Source of the DNA: Fidelibacterota bacterium
GTDB lineage: Bacteria > Fidelibacterota > Fidelibacteria > Fidelibacterales > DSDE01
NCBI GenBank assembly: GCA_046735395.1
Contig: JBJKQR010000018.1
Span: 31,088 to 95,087, forward strand
DNA length: 64,000 bases
Direction: 5' to 3'
The notes under the pieces are model-generated. The model ran no database searches. It saw only the letters and a list, made by a program, of their open reading frames with translations, and was not told the origin of the DNA. The translations under genes were made by a program, and so were the position numbers. Position 1 is the stretch's first letter. Every line of letters begins with the position of its first letter. Positions 27,104 to 36,435 of the stretch are shown here, piece after piece.

Positions 27104-29467
27104 ATGCCCTATCAATTTGACAATCTGAAGCGCGGACTCATTAATAAGAGAACACTGCGGTCCATTGTTGTTATTTTCATCGTGATGGTCGTCGCAGCTA
27201 CCGCCTTTTCCTGGATGTTCGAACGCTATGTTCTGTCCAAGGCGGAAGAAAACATCACCAGTCTGCTGCTGTCTCAGATGGGTGTGCATGATTATATTCA
27301 GGAAATACTGATTCCGGCAACGACGAAATTTCAGGAGGAGGGCCGGATTGATTCGGATTTTTATGCGCCGGAACTTATGTCCTCATCCTATTTTGTCAGG
27401 AATCAGCATGCCTTCTACAATCTGGAGCGCAAGAAAGCCGGGTATCCGGAATTATACTACAAAATGGCGGCAAACAATCCGCGGAATCCGATTAATAAGG
27501 CTGATTCTCTGGAAGCGAAACTGATTGAAATGTTCAATACGCATCGGGATATCAAATCCTACAAGCATATTACGACCATCGACGGGCAGAGGGTTCTCTA
27601 TGTCGCGCTCCCCTTTCTGCAGAATACAAAGGAATGCCTGAAATGTCATGGCAATCGGGAAGATGCACCGCTGGAACTGCAGCGACGCTATCCCGGTGAA
27701 GGCGGTTTCAATGAACGGATCGGCGAAATCCGTGCTATCACTTCGATCCGCGCGCCTCTGGAACATGAATTTTCCAGTATCTATACCATCGCCATTGCCA
27801 TTTTTGCGGGCAGTCTGGCTTTTGCAGGCCTGGTGTTTTTCAATACACGGCTGAGAACACGGGTTCAGAGGGATACAAAAAATCTGGAAAAGGAAATCGC
27901 GGAACGCATCAATGCGGAAGCTACTCTCAAGGAAAATCGCAACACCCTTAAGCAGATTCTGGATACAACCCTCCAGTCCATATTCTGGAAGGATATGGAA
28001 GGACGGTATCTGGGCTGTAACAAAGTCTTCGCCCGGGCCATCGGTTATGATGATCCGGAAGAAATTATCGGAAAAACTGATTTTGAATTGCCCTGGCCGC
28101 GCCAGGAGGCAGAGGCGTATCGAGCTGACGACCATGAAGTCATGCGCAGCAACAAACCCAAAGTTCACATCATCGAACCGCTTCAGCAGGCAGATGGAAC
28201 ACGCCTCTGGGTGGATACGACCAAAGTGCCCCTCCATACGGACAGCGGAGACGTGTATGGAGTACTCGGTGTCCTGGAGGATATTACGGAAAGGAAGCAG
28301 GCAGAGGAAGACCGGAAGGATCTGGAAAAACGGCTGCAGCAGGCCCAGAAAATGGAAGCTATCGGCACACTGGCCGGTGGAATCGCTCACGATTTCAATA
28401 ATATTCTGTCCGTTATCTTCGGATATACGGAGTATGCCATCGATGAAACGGATATGGACAAGCGTACCAAGCAGCTGAAGCAGATTAAAAAAGGCGCTGA
28501 ACGGGCCCGGGATCTGGTAAAACAGATACTGACCTTCAGCCGGCGCGTGGACCAGTCCAAGCATCCCGTGGAAATTTCGCTCATTATCAAGGAATCCCTG
28601 AAAATGCTGCGCAGCTCCATCCCCACGACCATTGACATTGTGGAGGATATTGCCCATACCGGAGCTGTTATGGCTGATCCGACCCAGATCAATCAGGTCA
28701 TCATGAACCTCTGTATCAATGCCTACCACGCCATGCGTGAGAGGGGCGGGACTCTCAGTGTCATGGTGTGCGAACGGGAAATCCATGATGGCGACGGGGA
28801 AAGCAGCCACATTGCCCCGGGCCGCTATGCCAGGCTCATCGTAGCCGATACGGGGACAGGGATCCCGGCTGATATCCGGGACCGGATTTTCGAACCCTAT
28901 TTCACAACCAAGTCCGACGGCGAAGGAACAGGCCTCGGACTGGCAGTCGTGCATGGAATTGTTTCCAGTCACGGAGGATATATATCCATTGACAGCGAAG
29001 CCAACAAAGGTACACAGGTTACTGTCCATTTACCCGTTCACGGTGACAGGGCGGAAACCGCGGGAAGTGAAGAATTTCCTGATGCACCGGCCGGGTCCGG
29101 TGAACGGGTTCTCATCATTGATGATGAAGTCCTCGTCACCGAGATTATCAGTCTGCACCTGTCAAAAAATGGCTACCAGGTGACAGTATACAATAACGCG
29201 GTTCAGGCGCTGGAAGATTTCAGGCTGCATCCTGAACGCTTCGATCTCATCATCACCGATATGACGATGCCCTATATGACCGGTGCCGAATTTTCACAGA
29301 AAGCCCTGGGAATCCGTCCCGATATCCCTATCATACTCTGTACCGGCCAGAGTGATATCATCAACCGCCGGAAGGCCATGGCCATGGGGGTTGCCGTGTA
29401 TCTCACCAAGCCCATTCTGAAGTACGATCTGCTCATTGCAACCCAGAAGGCGCTGCAAAAGACATAA
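27104..29467 (+). CDS. hybrid histidine kinase / response regulator with N-terminal CxxCH (DUF3365/Tll0287-like haem-c) sensor, PAS, HisKA, HATPase, REC
   Basis: One N-terminal TM segment. Periplasmic region with ECLKCH (27635..27649), then a second TM segment and a PAS domain. H-box GIAHDFNNILS, DTGTGI, GTGLGLAV. Receiver VLIIDDE...ITDMTMPYMTG. Confidence 0.85.
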   Translation: MPYQFDNLKRGLINKRTLRSIVVIFIVMVVAATAFSWMFERYVLSKAEENITSLLLSQMGVHDYIQEILIPATTKFQEEGRIDSDFYAPELMSSSYFVRNQHAFYNLERKKAGYPELYYKMAANNPRNPINKADSLEAKLIEMFNTHRDIKSYKHITTIDGQRVLYVALPFLQNTKECLKCHGNREDAPLELQRRYPGEGGFNERIGEIRAITSIRAPLEHEFSSIYTIAIAIFAGSLAFAGLVFFNTRLRTRVQRDTKNLEKEIAERINAEATLKENRNTLKQILDTTLQSIFWKDMEGRYLGCNKVFARAIGYDDPEEIIGKTDFELPWPRQEAEAYRADDHEVMRSNKPKVHIIEPLQQADGTRLWVDTTKVPLHTDSGDVYGVLGVLEDITERKQAEEDRKDLEKRLQQAQKMEAIGTLAGGIAHDFNNILSVIFGYTEYAIDETDMDKRTKQLKQIKKGAERARDLVKQILTFSRRVDQSKHPVEISLIIKESLKMLRSSIPTTIDIVEDIAHTGAVMADPTQINQVIMNLCINAYHAMRERGGTLSVMVCEREIHDGDGESSHIAPGRYARLIVADTGTGIPADIRDRIFEPYFTTKSDGEGTGLGLAVVHGIVSSHGGYISIDSEANKGTQVTVHLPVHGDRAETAGSEEFPDAPAGSGERVLIIDDEVLVTEIISLHLSKNGYQVTVYNNAVQALEDFRLHPERFDLIITDMTMPYMTGAEFSQKALGIRPDIPIILCTGQSDIINRRKAMAMGVAVYLTKPILKYDLLIATQKALQKT

Positions 29468-29671
29468 GTTCCGCAATTTTCGCGTTTTTTATACAGATAT
29501 AAGATTAAAACTGCCAGGTTTAAAAAAAACAGGTGGCGCAATGCATCTACTTCCTTATATTTCATTGAGTTAAATTATCAGGATTCTGGAATGCGTTGGA
29601 AAAGATGAAAATATCAGTGTTTTGCTGCGGATACGTGGCTTTTGATAAGCTGAAGGCTAAGGGAGGACAGG

Positions 29672-30073
29672 ATGAAAAAGTCAGGATATATCATGGTTGC
29701 CGTGCTGTCTGCAATCGTATTGATTACATGTTCAACGCCCGAATCTCCGTCACTTGACAGTCTGAACGGGACGTTTGAGGGACATCTTACATTATTCGAT
29801 ACATCCGGAGTCCGCCTGATGAGCGGAAAGATTTTTCTGTCCCGAAATGACACGACCATATTGGGCGGATCGTGGCGTCTGAATCGTGACGGCGGAACCC
29901 TGATTGGTTCAATGGACGGAACCAGTCTCCGGATCTCCCTTAATCCGAATATGATTGATGATAATACCTGGCTGTATGGTGAGCGGTCCGGTGAAAAAAT
30001 CAGCGGAAGCTGGCAGCATGCCGGTATTATGGGCGTGGACCGCAGCGGAAGCTTTACGGCGGTGAGGTATTAA
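29672..30073 (+). CDS. small lipoprotein, unknown function
   Basis: Signal peptide with lipobox LITC. RBS AAGGGAGG. 133 aa. No family recognised. Confidence 0.55.
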   Translation: MKKSGYIMVAVLSAIVLITCSTPESPSLDSLNGTFEGHLTLFDTSGVRLMSGKIFLSRNDTTILGGSWRLNRDGGTLIGSMDGTSLRISLNPNMIDDNTWLYGERSGEKISGSWQHAGIMGVDRSGSFTAVRY

Positions 30074-30096
30074 TGATTCCCAAATCATTTTTTTTA
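30072..30096 (+). terminator. candidate intrinsic terminator after the lipoprotein gene
   Basis: AATGATT-CCCA-AATCATT hairpin overlapping the stop codon and running into a T-run (T8). The stem is AT-rich, hence weak. Confidence 0.4.
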
Positions 30097-30344
30097 TAAT
30101 CCCGCGTAATTCCGTCGGGAGATACAGAATCTGAAACTGAACACCAATTCAGTTCGGACCATTTCCATAGGAAATAAACGCGGATTAATCCTGAAAATCT
30201 GTGATGATTGCAAATGATTGTCGGCCGCTGACAGGCAAGAATGCATGCACAATAGTTGTTTATATGATTGTTGTGAATACAACAATTGTAATTAAACATG
30301 GTATTTATTAAAGTACATTTAAGAATTGTCGAAGGAGCAGGGAA

Positions 30345-31058
30345 ATGAAACGGATCCGAACCATACTGGTGTTCTGGACATTCAGCGCCCTGGCGCTGGG
30401 CCAGGCAAAGGTTGATATTAACAGCTATACGAATTTTGACAAATACCGGGATGCGAATGCCGCCCTTCAGTCCCAGGCTGCGGATCCGGACCGGGTTGTA
30501 TTCATGGGCAATTCCATCACCGAGTCCTGGATAGTGAAAAGTCCTGAATTTTTTGAGACGAACGGCTATATCGACCGCGGCATCAGCGGCCAGGTTACGG
30601 CACAGATGCTGCTTCGCTTCCGGGCGGATGTCATCGGCCTGAAACCGGCGGTTGTGGTTATTCTGGCCGGAATCAATGACATCGCACAGAACAGTGGAGC
30701 AGAAACTATTCAGGAGATGGCGGACAACATCTTTTCCATGGTGGATATGGCAACGGCACATGATATACGGGTGATTCTCTGCTCCGTGCTGCCGGCCATT
30801 GATTTTCCCTGGCATCACGGGCTGGAACCGGCGCCCAAGGTCATTGAGCTGAATAAGCTTATCAAAGCCTATGCGGAGATGAATCACATTCCCTATGTGG
30901 ATTATTATTCTGACATGGCTGATGATCAGGGCGGGCTGAAAGTGCCGGAATATACCTCTGAACGGAATCTGGTGCATCCGAACCGGGACGGATATAAGGT
31001 CATGGAAAATCTGGTTAAACCTGTCATAGACCGGATGCTGTCGGACACCCTGCGCTGA
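30345..31058 (+). CDS. secreted SGNH/GDSL-family hydrolase (esterase / acetylhydrolase-like)
   Basis: Signal peptide. Block I FMGNSIT, block II DRGISGQ, block III LAGINDI, block V RDGYK preceded by LVHPN. Confidence 0.8.
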   Translation: MKRIRTILVFWTFSALALGQAKVDINSYTNFDKYRDANAALQSQAADPDRVVFMGNSITESWIVKSPEFFETNGYIDRGISGQVTAQMLLRFRADVIGLKPAVVVILAGINDIAQNSGAETIQEMADNIFSMVDMATAHDIRVILCSVLPAIDFPWHHGLEPAPKVIELNKLIKAYAEMNHIPYVDYYSDMADDQGGLKVPEYTSERNLVHPNRDGYKVMENLVKPVIDRMLSDTLR

Positions 31059-31223
31059 GGTTTAATCCGGCTGATGAAAATCAGCAATTTCCATCATTTC
31101 AATACATAAGTTTCTGTTCTGAATCCACATCCGGATTCTGCCGCTTCGGGCCTTCCAGGTTTTTCCTGTTGAAATCGTGAGTTTAAACAGTTAAAATCCT
31201 TCAAACAACTAAGTGGGGCCAGC

Positions 31224-31610
31224 ATGCCAATCCTGTTTGAATGGAGCGATGAGTATTCCGTGGGACATTCGGTTATTGATGAGCAGCACCGGCGTCTTTT
31301 TGAGCTGGGGAACGCCATCTTTCACGCCACTCTGGATGAAGCCGTCTATTTTATTGATAAGATCTTCGAGCATGCAAAACTGCATTTCGATTTTGAGGAA
31401 AAACATATGAAATCCATCAATTTTCCGGATCTGTACCGGCATATTGAAATTCATAATGATTTGATCGTGCAGCTTCATGAGATCACCCGCAACCCCATGG
31501 AAACGGAAGAGGATTTCCGTAAATTCAAGAAGTTTCTCTATGACTGGATACTTGATCATATCATGATGGAAGATAAAAAGTACGCAACCTACGCTCAATC
31601 TCTGAGCTGA
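31224..31610 (+). CDS. bacteriohaemerythrin (single-domain)
   Basis: FEWSDEYSVGHSVIDEQHRRLF, then the H...H...E and H...H...H....D metal ligand pattern (HAKLHFDFEEKH, HIEIHNDL, LDHIMMEDKKY). Confidence 0.85.
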   Translation: MPILFEWSDEYSVGHSVIDEQHRRLFELGNAIFHATLDEAVYFIDKIFEHAKLHFDFEEKHMKSINFPDLYRHIEIHNDLIVQLHEITRNPMETEEDFRKFKKFLYDWILDHIMMEDKKYATYAQSLS

Positions 31611-31786
31611 ATCCTTCATAAAGGTTCCCTTTTCGACAAGATCGGCTGATAATTCGACAATTTGGTCGTTTGTAAAGCGGTTACATATCTCGGGTATTTC
31701 CTATAAGTCATTTATTATCAATATATAATTGATTTGGCATGTTCTTTGTCCCATCTGTTTCAAAACAAAGCAAAAGGAGACTTGAA

Positions 31787-32197
31787 ATGAGAAGAACAAC
31801 CATGACCCTGCTGATGAGCATCCTGGTACTGGGACTGGGAACATTGAATGCGCAGACCTGCGGAAGCGGCGCCGGATTTATTGACGAGAATGGCGATGGC
31901 TATTACGATCTGGCTCCCGACAGTGACGGGGACGGAATTCCGAACGGACTGGATCCGGACTATGTTTCTGCCGGAAATGGCAACAGCGGTTCCCGCTTTG
32001 TGGATGAAAACGGGGACGGAATCAATGATAATGCCGGTGACGCCGATGGAGACGGAATTATCAATTGTGAAGATGACGATTTCACGGGTACGCCGATGAA
32101 TCATGCCGGCCGCCGGCTGGGTCTCTCTCCGGAATTGCGCGGAACGGCCGTTTCGGGTGAAGCGTCAGCCTTTCGCCACGGACTCCCCAATAAATAG
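31787..32197 (+). CDS. small secreted protein with duplicated Asp-rich Ca-binding (TSP3 / EF-hand / dockerin-like) loops
   Basis: Start reassigned to the ATG at 31787 behind AAGGAGA. Signal peptide MRRTTMTLLMSILVLGLGTLNA. Two copies of DENGDG...D.DGDGI.N..D. Confidence 0.6.
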   Translation: MRRTTMTLLMSILVLGLGTLNAQTCGSGAGFIDENGDGYYDLAPDSDGDGIPNGLDPDYVSAGNGNSGSRFVDENGDGINDNAGDADGDGIINCEDDDFTGTPMNHAGRRLGLSPELRGTAVSGEASAFRHGLPNK

Positions 32198-32218
32198 ACA
32201 TTCCCTCCCGGATAAGCT

Positions 32219-32253
32219 GAAAAAGGCGGTTTCTTTGGAAGCCGCCTTTTTTT
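32219..32253. terminator. bidirectional intrinsic terminator between convergent genes
   Basis: AAAAAGGCGG-N12-CCGCCTTTTTTT: a GC stem flanked by an A-run and a T-run. It sits between the stops at 32197 (+) and 32284 (-). Confidence 0.65.
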
Positions 32254-32283
32254 ATGCAGATAAATTAGTACAGAATATTCGAA

Positions 32284-33408
32284 CTACAGTTGCGGGTCCA
32301 TTTCAGACAGGTCGGATCTGAGCCGGGATCTGCGAAGTTTCCCATTGGAAGTAAAAGGGAAGGAGTGGACGGTGATCAGAGCTTTGGGCAGGAGATTTCT
32401 GTTGAGTTGTTTCTGTTGTCTGAGCCGAAGTATCCAGTCCTTGAAATCGTGCTGCGTAAATGAAGATGAGGTGGTTACGAGGACGCATTTTTCGCCGAGG
32501 GCCGCATCCGGAAGGGATGACAGACAGAAGTTCTGAGGATTGTGAGTCCCGGGCAGAAAGGAAAACAGTTCGGCTTCGAGAGACTCGGGATGAATTTTCA
32601 GTCCGCCGCTGTTGATGGCGTCATCGGCCCGCCCCAGAATGCGGAAGGTTCCGGTGGGAAGAATCTCGGCAATGTCATTGGTTATCAGGTCCTGATCCCC
32701 GGTCACAATCAGCCGCTGATCCTCCGACAGACGGAGGCGAATCCCGGGCAGAGGACTGTAATCATCGGATTTTTCGTCACCATTCACACGGCGGAGCGCA
32801 ATATGGGAGGCGCTTTCGGTCATGCCGTAGCCGTGCCATACCTGTGATTTCAGAGTCCGGGCTGCAGCGCTGAGTTCATGGGAAATGGGTCCTCCGCCCA
32901 GTAGGATTATGGGGAAGGCCTTTTCGATCCGAGCCGCTTCAGTTTCTTCCAGAAGCGCATGAAGCTGCAGGGGCAGCATGGCTGCAAAATCGGCCCGGTA
33001 TCCGTCCGGAATGTCCGCGCCGATCCGGGTGGAGGGTTTCAGCAACGTACAGACCAGGCCGCCGACCATGGCGCGAACCATCATCATTTTACCGGCGATA
33101 CTGTGAGAACCGAGAGGATTGAATACGGTCATGCCCGGCTGCAGATGGAAATGATCCAACGTTCTGCGGGCGGACTCTTCCATTATTTTCCTGGGCAGTG
33201 AAATGGTCCGGGGTTCACCTGTACTGCCGCTGCTCTGCACCGGAAATGAGTGCCGGCCGGCGAGCCAGTCCCGGCAAAAATCAAGCGCCGGCACGAATTC
33301 CTCTCCGATTTTGTGATGACGCAGCTGCCCGTCCCACTTTCCCGGATGGGCAAAATCAAAAAATATCTGTTCAGGCAGTTTTACCAGACCGCCTGCATCG
33401 GCCGCCAT
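32284..33408 (-). CDS. menE: o-succinylbenzoate--CoA ligase (short AMP-binding enzyme)
   Basis: SSGSTGEPRTI P-loop and HGYGMTES motifs. 374 aa. Starts 9 nt after the menB stop. Confidence 0.7.
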   Translation of the reverse strand: MAADAGGLVKLPEQIFFDFAHPGKWDGQLRHHKIGEEFVPALDFCRDWLAGRHSFPVQSSGSTGEPRTISLPRKIMEESARRTLDHFHLQPGMTVFNPLGSHSIAGKMMMVRAMVGGLVCTLLKPSTRIGADIPDGYRADFAAMLPLQLHALLEETEAARIEKAFPIILLGGGPISHELSAAARTLKSQVWHGYGMTESASHIALRRVNGDEKSDDYSPLPGIRLRLSEDQRLIVTGDQDLITNDIAEILPTGTFRILGRADDAINSGGLKIHPESLEAELFSFLPGTHNPQNFCLSSLPDAALGEKCVLVTTSSSFTQHDFKDWILRLRQQKQLNRNLLPKALITVHSFPFTSNGKLRRSRLRSDLSEMDPQL

Positions 33409-33417
33409 GAAAGGGCC

Positions 33418-34242
33418 TCAGGGAAATTTCGGAAATTTTGAGAAGTCCGGTTTCCGCTTTTCCAGAAAGGCGTCCCGGCCTTCCTTGGCCTCTTCACTGA
33501 GATAGTAGAGAAGGGTCGCGTTTCCGGCAAGTTCCTGAATACCGGCCTGTCCGTCCAGTTCGGCATTGAAGGCGCTTTTCAGCATACGAATGGCGAGGGG
33601 GCTTTTGTCCATGATCTTCTGCGCCCACTCTATCCCTGTTTTTTCCAGATCCGCGAGAGGAACCACTTTATTGACCAGGCCCATGTTCAGGGCATCCTGG
33701 GCGTCATACTGATCGCAGAGAAACCAGATTTCCCGCGCTTTTTTCTGGCCGACGACACGGGCGAGGTAGGAAGCGCCGAAGCCGCCGTCGAAGCTGCCGA
33801 CTTTCGGGCCGGTCTGGCCGAAACGGGCATTGTCAGCGGCAATGCTGAGATCGCAGACGACGTGGAGCACATGGCCTCCGCCGATGGCCCAGCCGGCCAC
33901 CAGAGCAATGACAACCTTGGGAATACTGCGGATCATTTTCTGGAGGTCCAGCACATTGAGCCGGGGAACATCGCCCTCGCTCACATAGCCGCCATGTCCG
34001 CGGACGCTCTGGTCTCCGCCGCTGCAGAAGGCCTTACCGCCTTCTCCCGTGAGCAGAATGACACGGATCCGTTCATCATCGCGGCAGATGTTCATGGCAT
34101 CGATCATTTCGCTGACCGTGACCGGTGTAAAGGCATTATGAACCTGCGGCCGGTTGATGCTGATGCGCGCCATGCCATCATGATATCCGAAGAGGATATC
34201 CTTATAATTCTTTATGGTTTCCCATTTGACCTGTGTTGCCAT
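33418..34242 (-). CDS. menB: 1,4-dihydroxy-2-naphthoyl-CoA synthase
   Basis: Crotonase fold, [11 protein letters not shown] and [14 protein letters not shown] motifs, 274 aa. Confidence 0.9.
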   Translation of the reverse strand: MATQVKWETIKNYKDILFGYHDGMARISINRPQVHNAFTPVTVSEMIDAMNICRDDERIRVILLTGEGGKAFCSGGDQSVRGHGGYVSEGDVPRLNVLDLQKMIRSIPKVVIALVAGWAIGGGHVLHVVCDLSIAADNARFGQTGPKVGSFDGGFGASYLARVVGQKKAREIWFLCDQYDAQDALNMGLVNKVVPLADLEKTGIEWAQKIMDKSPLAIRMLKSAFNAELDGQAGIQELAGNATLLYYLSEEAKEGRDAFLEKRKPDFSKFPKFP

Positions 34243-34250
34243 GGATTCTC

Positions 34251-34526
34251 CTATTTCTGGCCGGTTTTACGGATAATATGAAAGCCGAACTGGGTCCGCA
34301 CCGGCTGACTGATGCGCCCGTTTCCCAGTTTGATGACAGCTGCTTCAAATTCCTTCACCATCTGTCCGGGGCCGAACCAACCCAGGTCTCCGCCTTTGGA
34401 TTTGCTGGGGCAGGTGCTGAATTCCCGGGCAATGGCGGCGAAATTCGCGCCATTTTTAATTTTTTTTGACAGGGCATCGGCCAGCGCCTTGTCCTTTACC
34501 AATATGTGGCTTGCTCGCCATTCCAT
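34251..34526 (-). CDS. parvulin-type peptidyl-prolyl isomerase (PpiC-like, about 91 aa)
   Basis: ASHILV...[26 protein letters not shown] motif. Start trimmed to the ATG at 34526 behind AGGAGA. Confidence 0.8.
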   Translation of the reverse strand: MEWRASHILVKDKALADALSKKIKNGANFAAIAREFSTCPSKSKGGDLGWFGPGQMVKEFEAAVIKLGNGRISQPVRTQFGFHIIRKTGQK

Positions 34527-34710
34527 ACTTGTCTCCTCATATACTGGCAGGAAATTACTCAACTCCGGCCAGAAGGTCAAGAAGCGCCTTCCCTGCAAAA
34601 GGAGAGATGAGGACGGAGATTTTCATCACATTAACGTAAAACCGGCTCTTTTCCGTTTGATTTCATTTGATCATTCCGAGTAAATTGATTCATAAACGGG
34701 GAAATGAACG

Positions 34711-35118
34711 ATGGCTCAATTAGAATGGAATGATGATTATTCAGTAGGCATTGACCTGATCGACGCGCAGCACAGAGGACTCATGAATCTGCTGAATGAG
34801 CTGAATGCGTATCAGGAGGATGAACCGGAAAGCCGTGATTTCGAGCAGATTATTGATGACCTGATCAATTATGTGTCCGAGCATTTTGCCACCGAGGAAG
34901 CATTCTTTGAGGAAACGGCGTATCCGCAGATGGACCAGCATATTATCGAACATCAGTTTTTCGTGGAAAAAGTGAATGACATCGCATCGGATTATTATTC
35001 AATGGATGTGAAGGATATCCGGCAGATGATAGAATTTCTAAGCAACTGGTACAGCAAACATATTATGAAAACAGACCGTAAATATATCGCTCATCTTCGT
35101 GAGCATCTGAAACATTAG
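34711..35118 (+). CDS. bacteriohaemerythrin (single-domain), second copy
   Basis: LEWNDDYSVGIDLIDAQHRGLM, SEHFATEEAFF, HIIEHQFF and SKHIMKTDRKY ligand pattern. Confidence 0.85.
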   Translation: MAQLEWNDDYSVGIDLIDAQHRGLMNLLNELNAYQEDEPESRDFEQIIDDLINYVSEHFATEEAFFEETAYPQMDQHIIEHQFFVEKVNDIASDYYSMDVKDIRQMIEFLSNWYSKHIMKTDRKYIAHLREHLKH

Positions 35119-35151
35119 ACGGCTATAGCCGATTATTCCGAATAAATATTA

Positions 35152-36417
35152 TTAACCCGGTTTTCCCAGAAGCCGGAACATATTGCTTTTATAGGCTTCC
35201 ACACCCGGCTGGTCAAAGGGATTGATCTTCTGCATGTATCCCGAAATCGCCACGGCAATTTCGAACATAACGAAAAGATGGAAAAGATGTTCTTCCTCCA
35301 GGTGATCCAGAAATAAGCTTGATACGGGCACGCCGCCGTCCTGATGGGCGGACAGGGTTCCCAGGTAGGCTTTTTCATTCACCTCGCTCAGCGTGCGCCC
35401 GGCCAGGTAATTGAGCTTGTCCAGATTCTGTGCATCAGAGGGAATATTCAGGTCCACGGGATATTTGCGGATCATGACAAAGGTTTCGAGAATATTCCGG
35501 ACTCCGTCCTGAATCCATTGTCCCATGGAGTGAAGATCGGTGGTGAAATCCACGGAAGCCGGAAAGAGTCCCAGTCCGTTCTTCCCTTCACTTTCGCCGT
35601 AGAGCTGTTTCCACCATTCGGACATGAAATGCAGACGGGGCTCAAAATTAGCGAGAATTTCAATGGCCTTACCGGATTGACGAAGGGCCTGCCGGTTGAC
35701 AGCATAGCGCAGGGAAATATTCGCTTCATCCGGCTGTGTGTACCGGTGCAGCGCGTCGGAGGCGCCACGGAGAATTTTTTTCAGATCCGCTCCGGCGGCC
35801 AGGATGGGCAGAAGCCCGACCGGTGTGAGGACGGAAAAGCGTCCGCCCACGTCATCGGGAATGACATAACTCCGGTAACCGCTGGACTCCGCCAGGGTTT
35901 TCAGAGCTCCCCGGGATCCATCCGTCGTGGCTATGATGCGCCGAGACGTTTTTGGGCCATATTTCTTTTCAGCGAGGTTTTTCAGGATGCGGAAGACGAC
36001 GCCCGGTTCGGTGGTTGTGCCCGATTTGGAAATGACATTGATATAGAAATCCCGGTTTTCCAGTTCATTGAGCAGGGACGACAGTTCGTAGGGGCTCAGA
36101 TGATGGCCGGCAAAGCGGATGCGGTCGGAGTGGGGCCAGAGGGCTGAGATGACGGCCTTCGCGCCCAGATAGGACCCTCCGATACCGATACAGACGAGAA
36201 GGTCACCGCTGTCGTGGATTTCCCGTGCCGTTTCACTGAGTTCCGACAGGGATTCGGGAGACTGTTCGGGCAGGGAGAGCCAGCCTGTAAATTCTGATCC
36301 CGCGCCGCTTTTCCCGAGAAGGGTTGATAAGGCTTCCAGCCCGTCCTTGTGCAACCGGGGAAGAAGCTCAGCATTTAAATTTTCACGTAATACCCTGTCT
36401 TCGTAAGACAGTGACAT
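35152..36417 (-). CDS. pgi: glucose-6-phosphate isomerase (short form)
   Basis: IGIGGSYLGAKAV and FDQPGVEAYK motifs, 421 aa. Confidence 0.85.
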   Translation of the reverse strand: MSLSYEDRVLRENLNAELLPRLHKDGLEALSTLLGKSGAGSEFTGWLSLPEQSPESLSELSETAREIHDSGDLLVCIGIGGSYLGAKAVISALWPHSDRIRFAGHHLSPYELSSLLNELENRDFYINVISKSGTTTEPGVVFRILKNLAEKKYGPKTSRRIIATTDGSRGALKTLAESSGYRSYVIPDDVGGRFSVLTPVGLLPILAAGADLKKILRGASDALHRYTQPDEANISLRYAVNRQALRQSGKAIEILANFEPRLHFMSEWWKQLYGESEGKNGLGLFPASVDFTTDLHSMGQWIQDGVRNILETFVMIRKYPVDLNIPSDAQNLDKLNYLAGRTLSEVNEKAYLGTLSAHQDGGVPVSSLFLDHLEEEHLFHLFVMFEIAVAISGYMQKINPFDQPGVEAYKSNMFRLLGKPG

Positions 36418-36435
36418 AAGGCCTCCGTTCTTGAA

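Noticed and set aside
30054-30977. 307-aa minus-strand ORF covering the SGNH hydrolase gene
   Set aside because: The plus-strand frame carries all the SGNH blocks (GNSIT, GISGQ, GINDI) and a signal peptide. The minus-strand product is His/Cys/Ile-rich with no motif.
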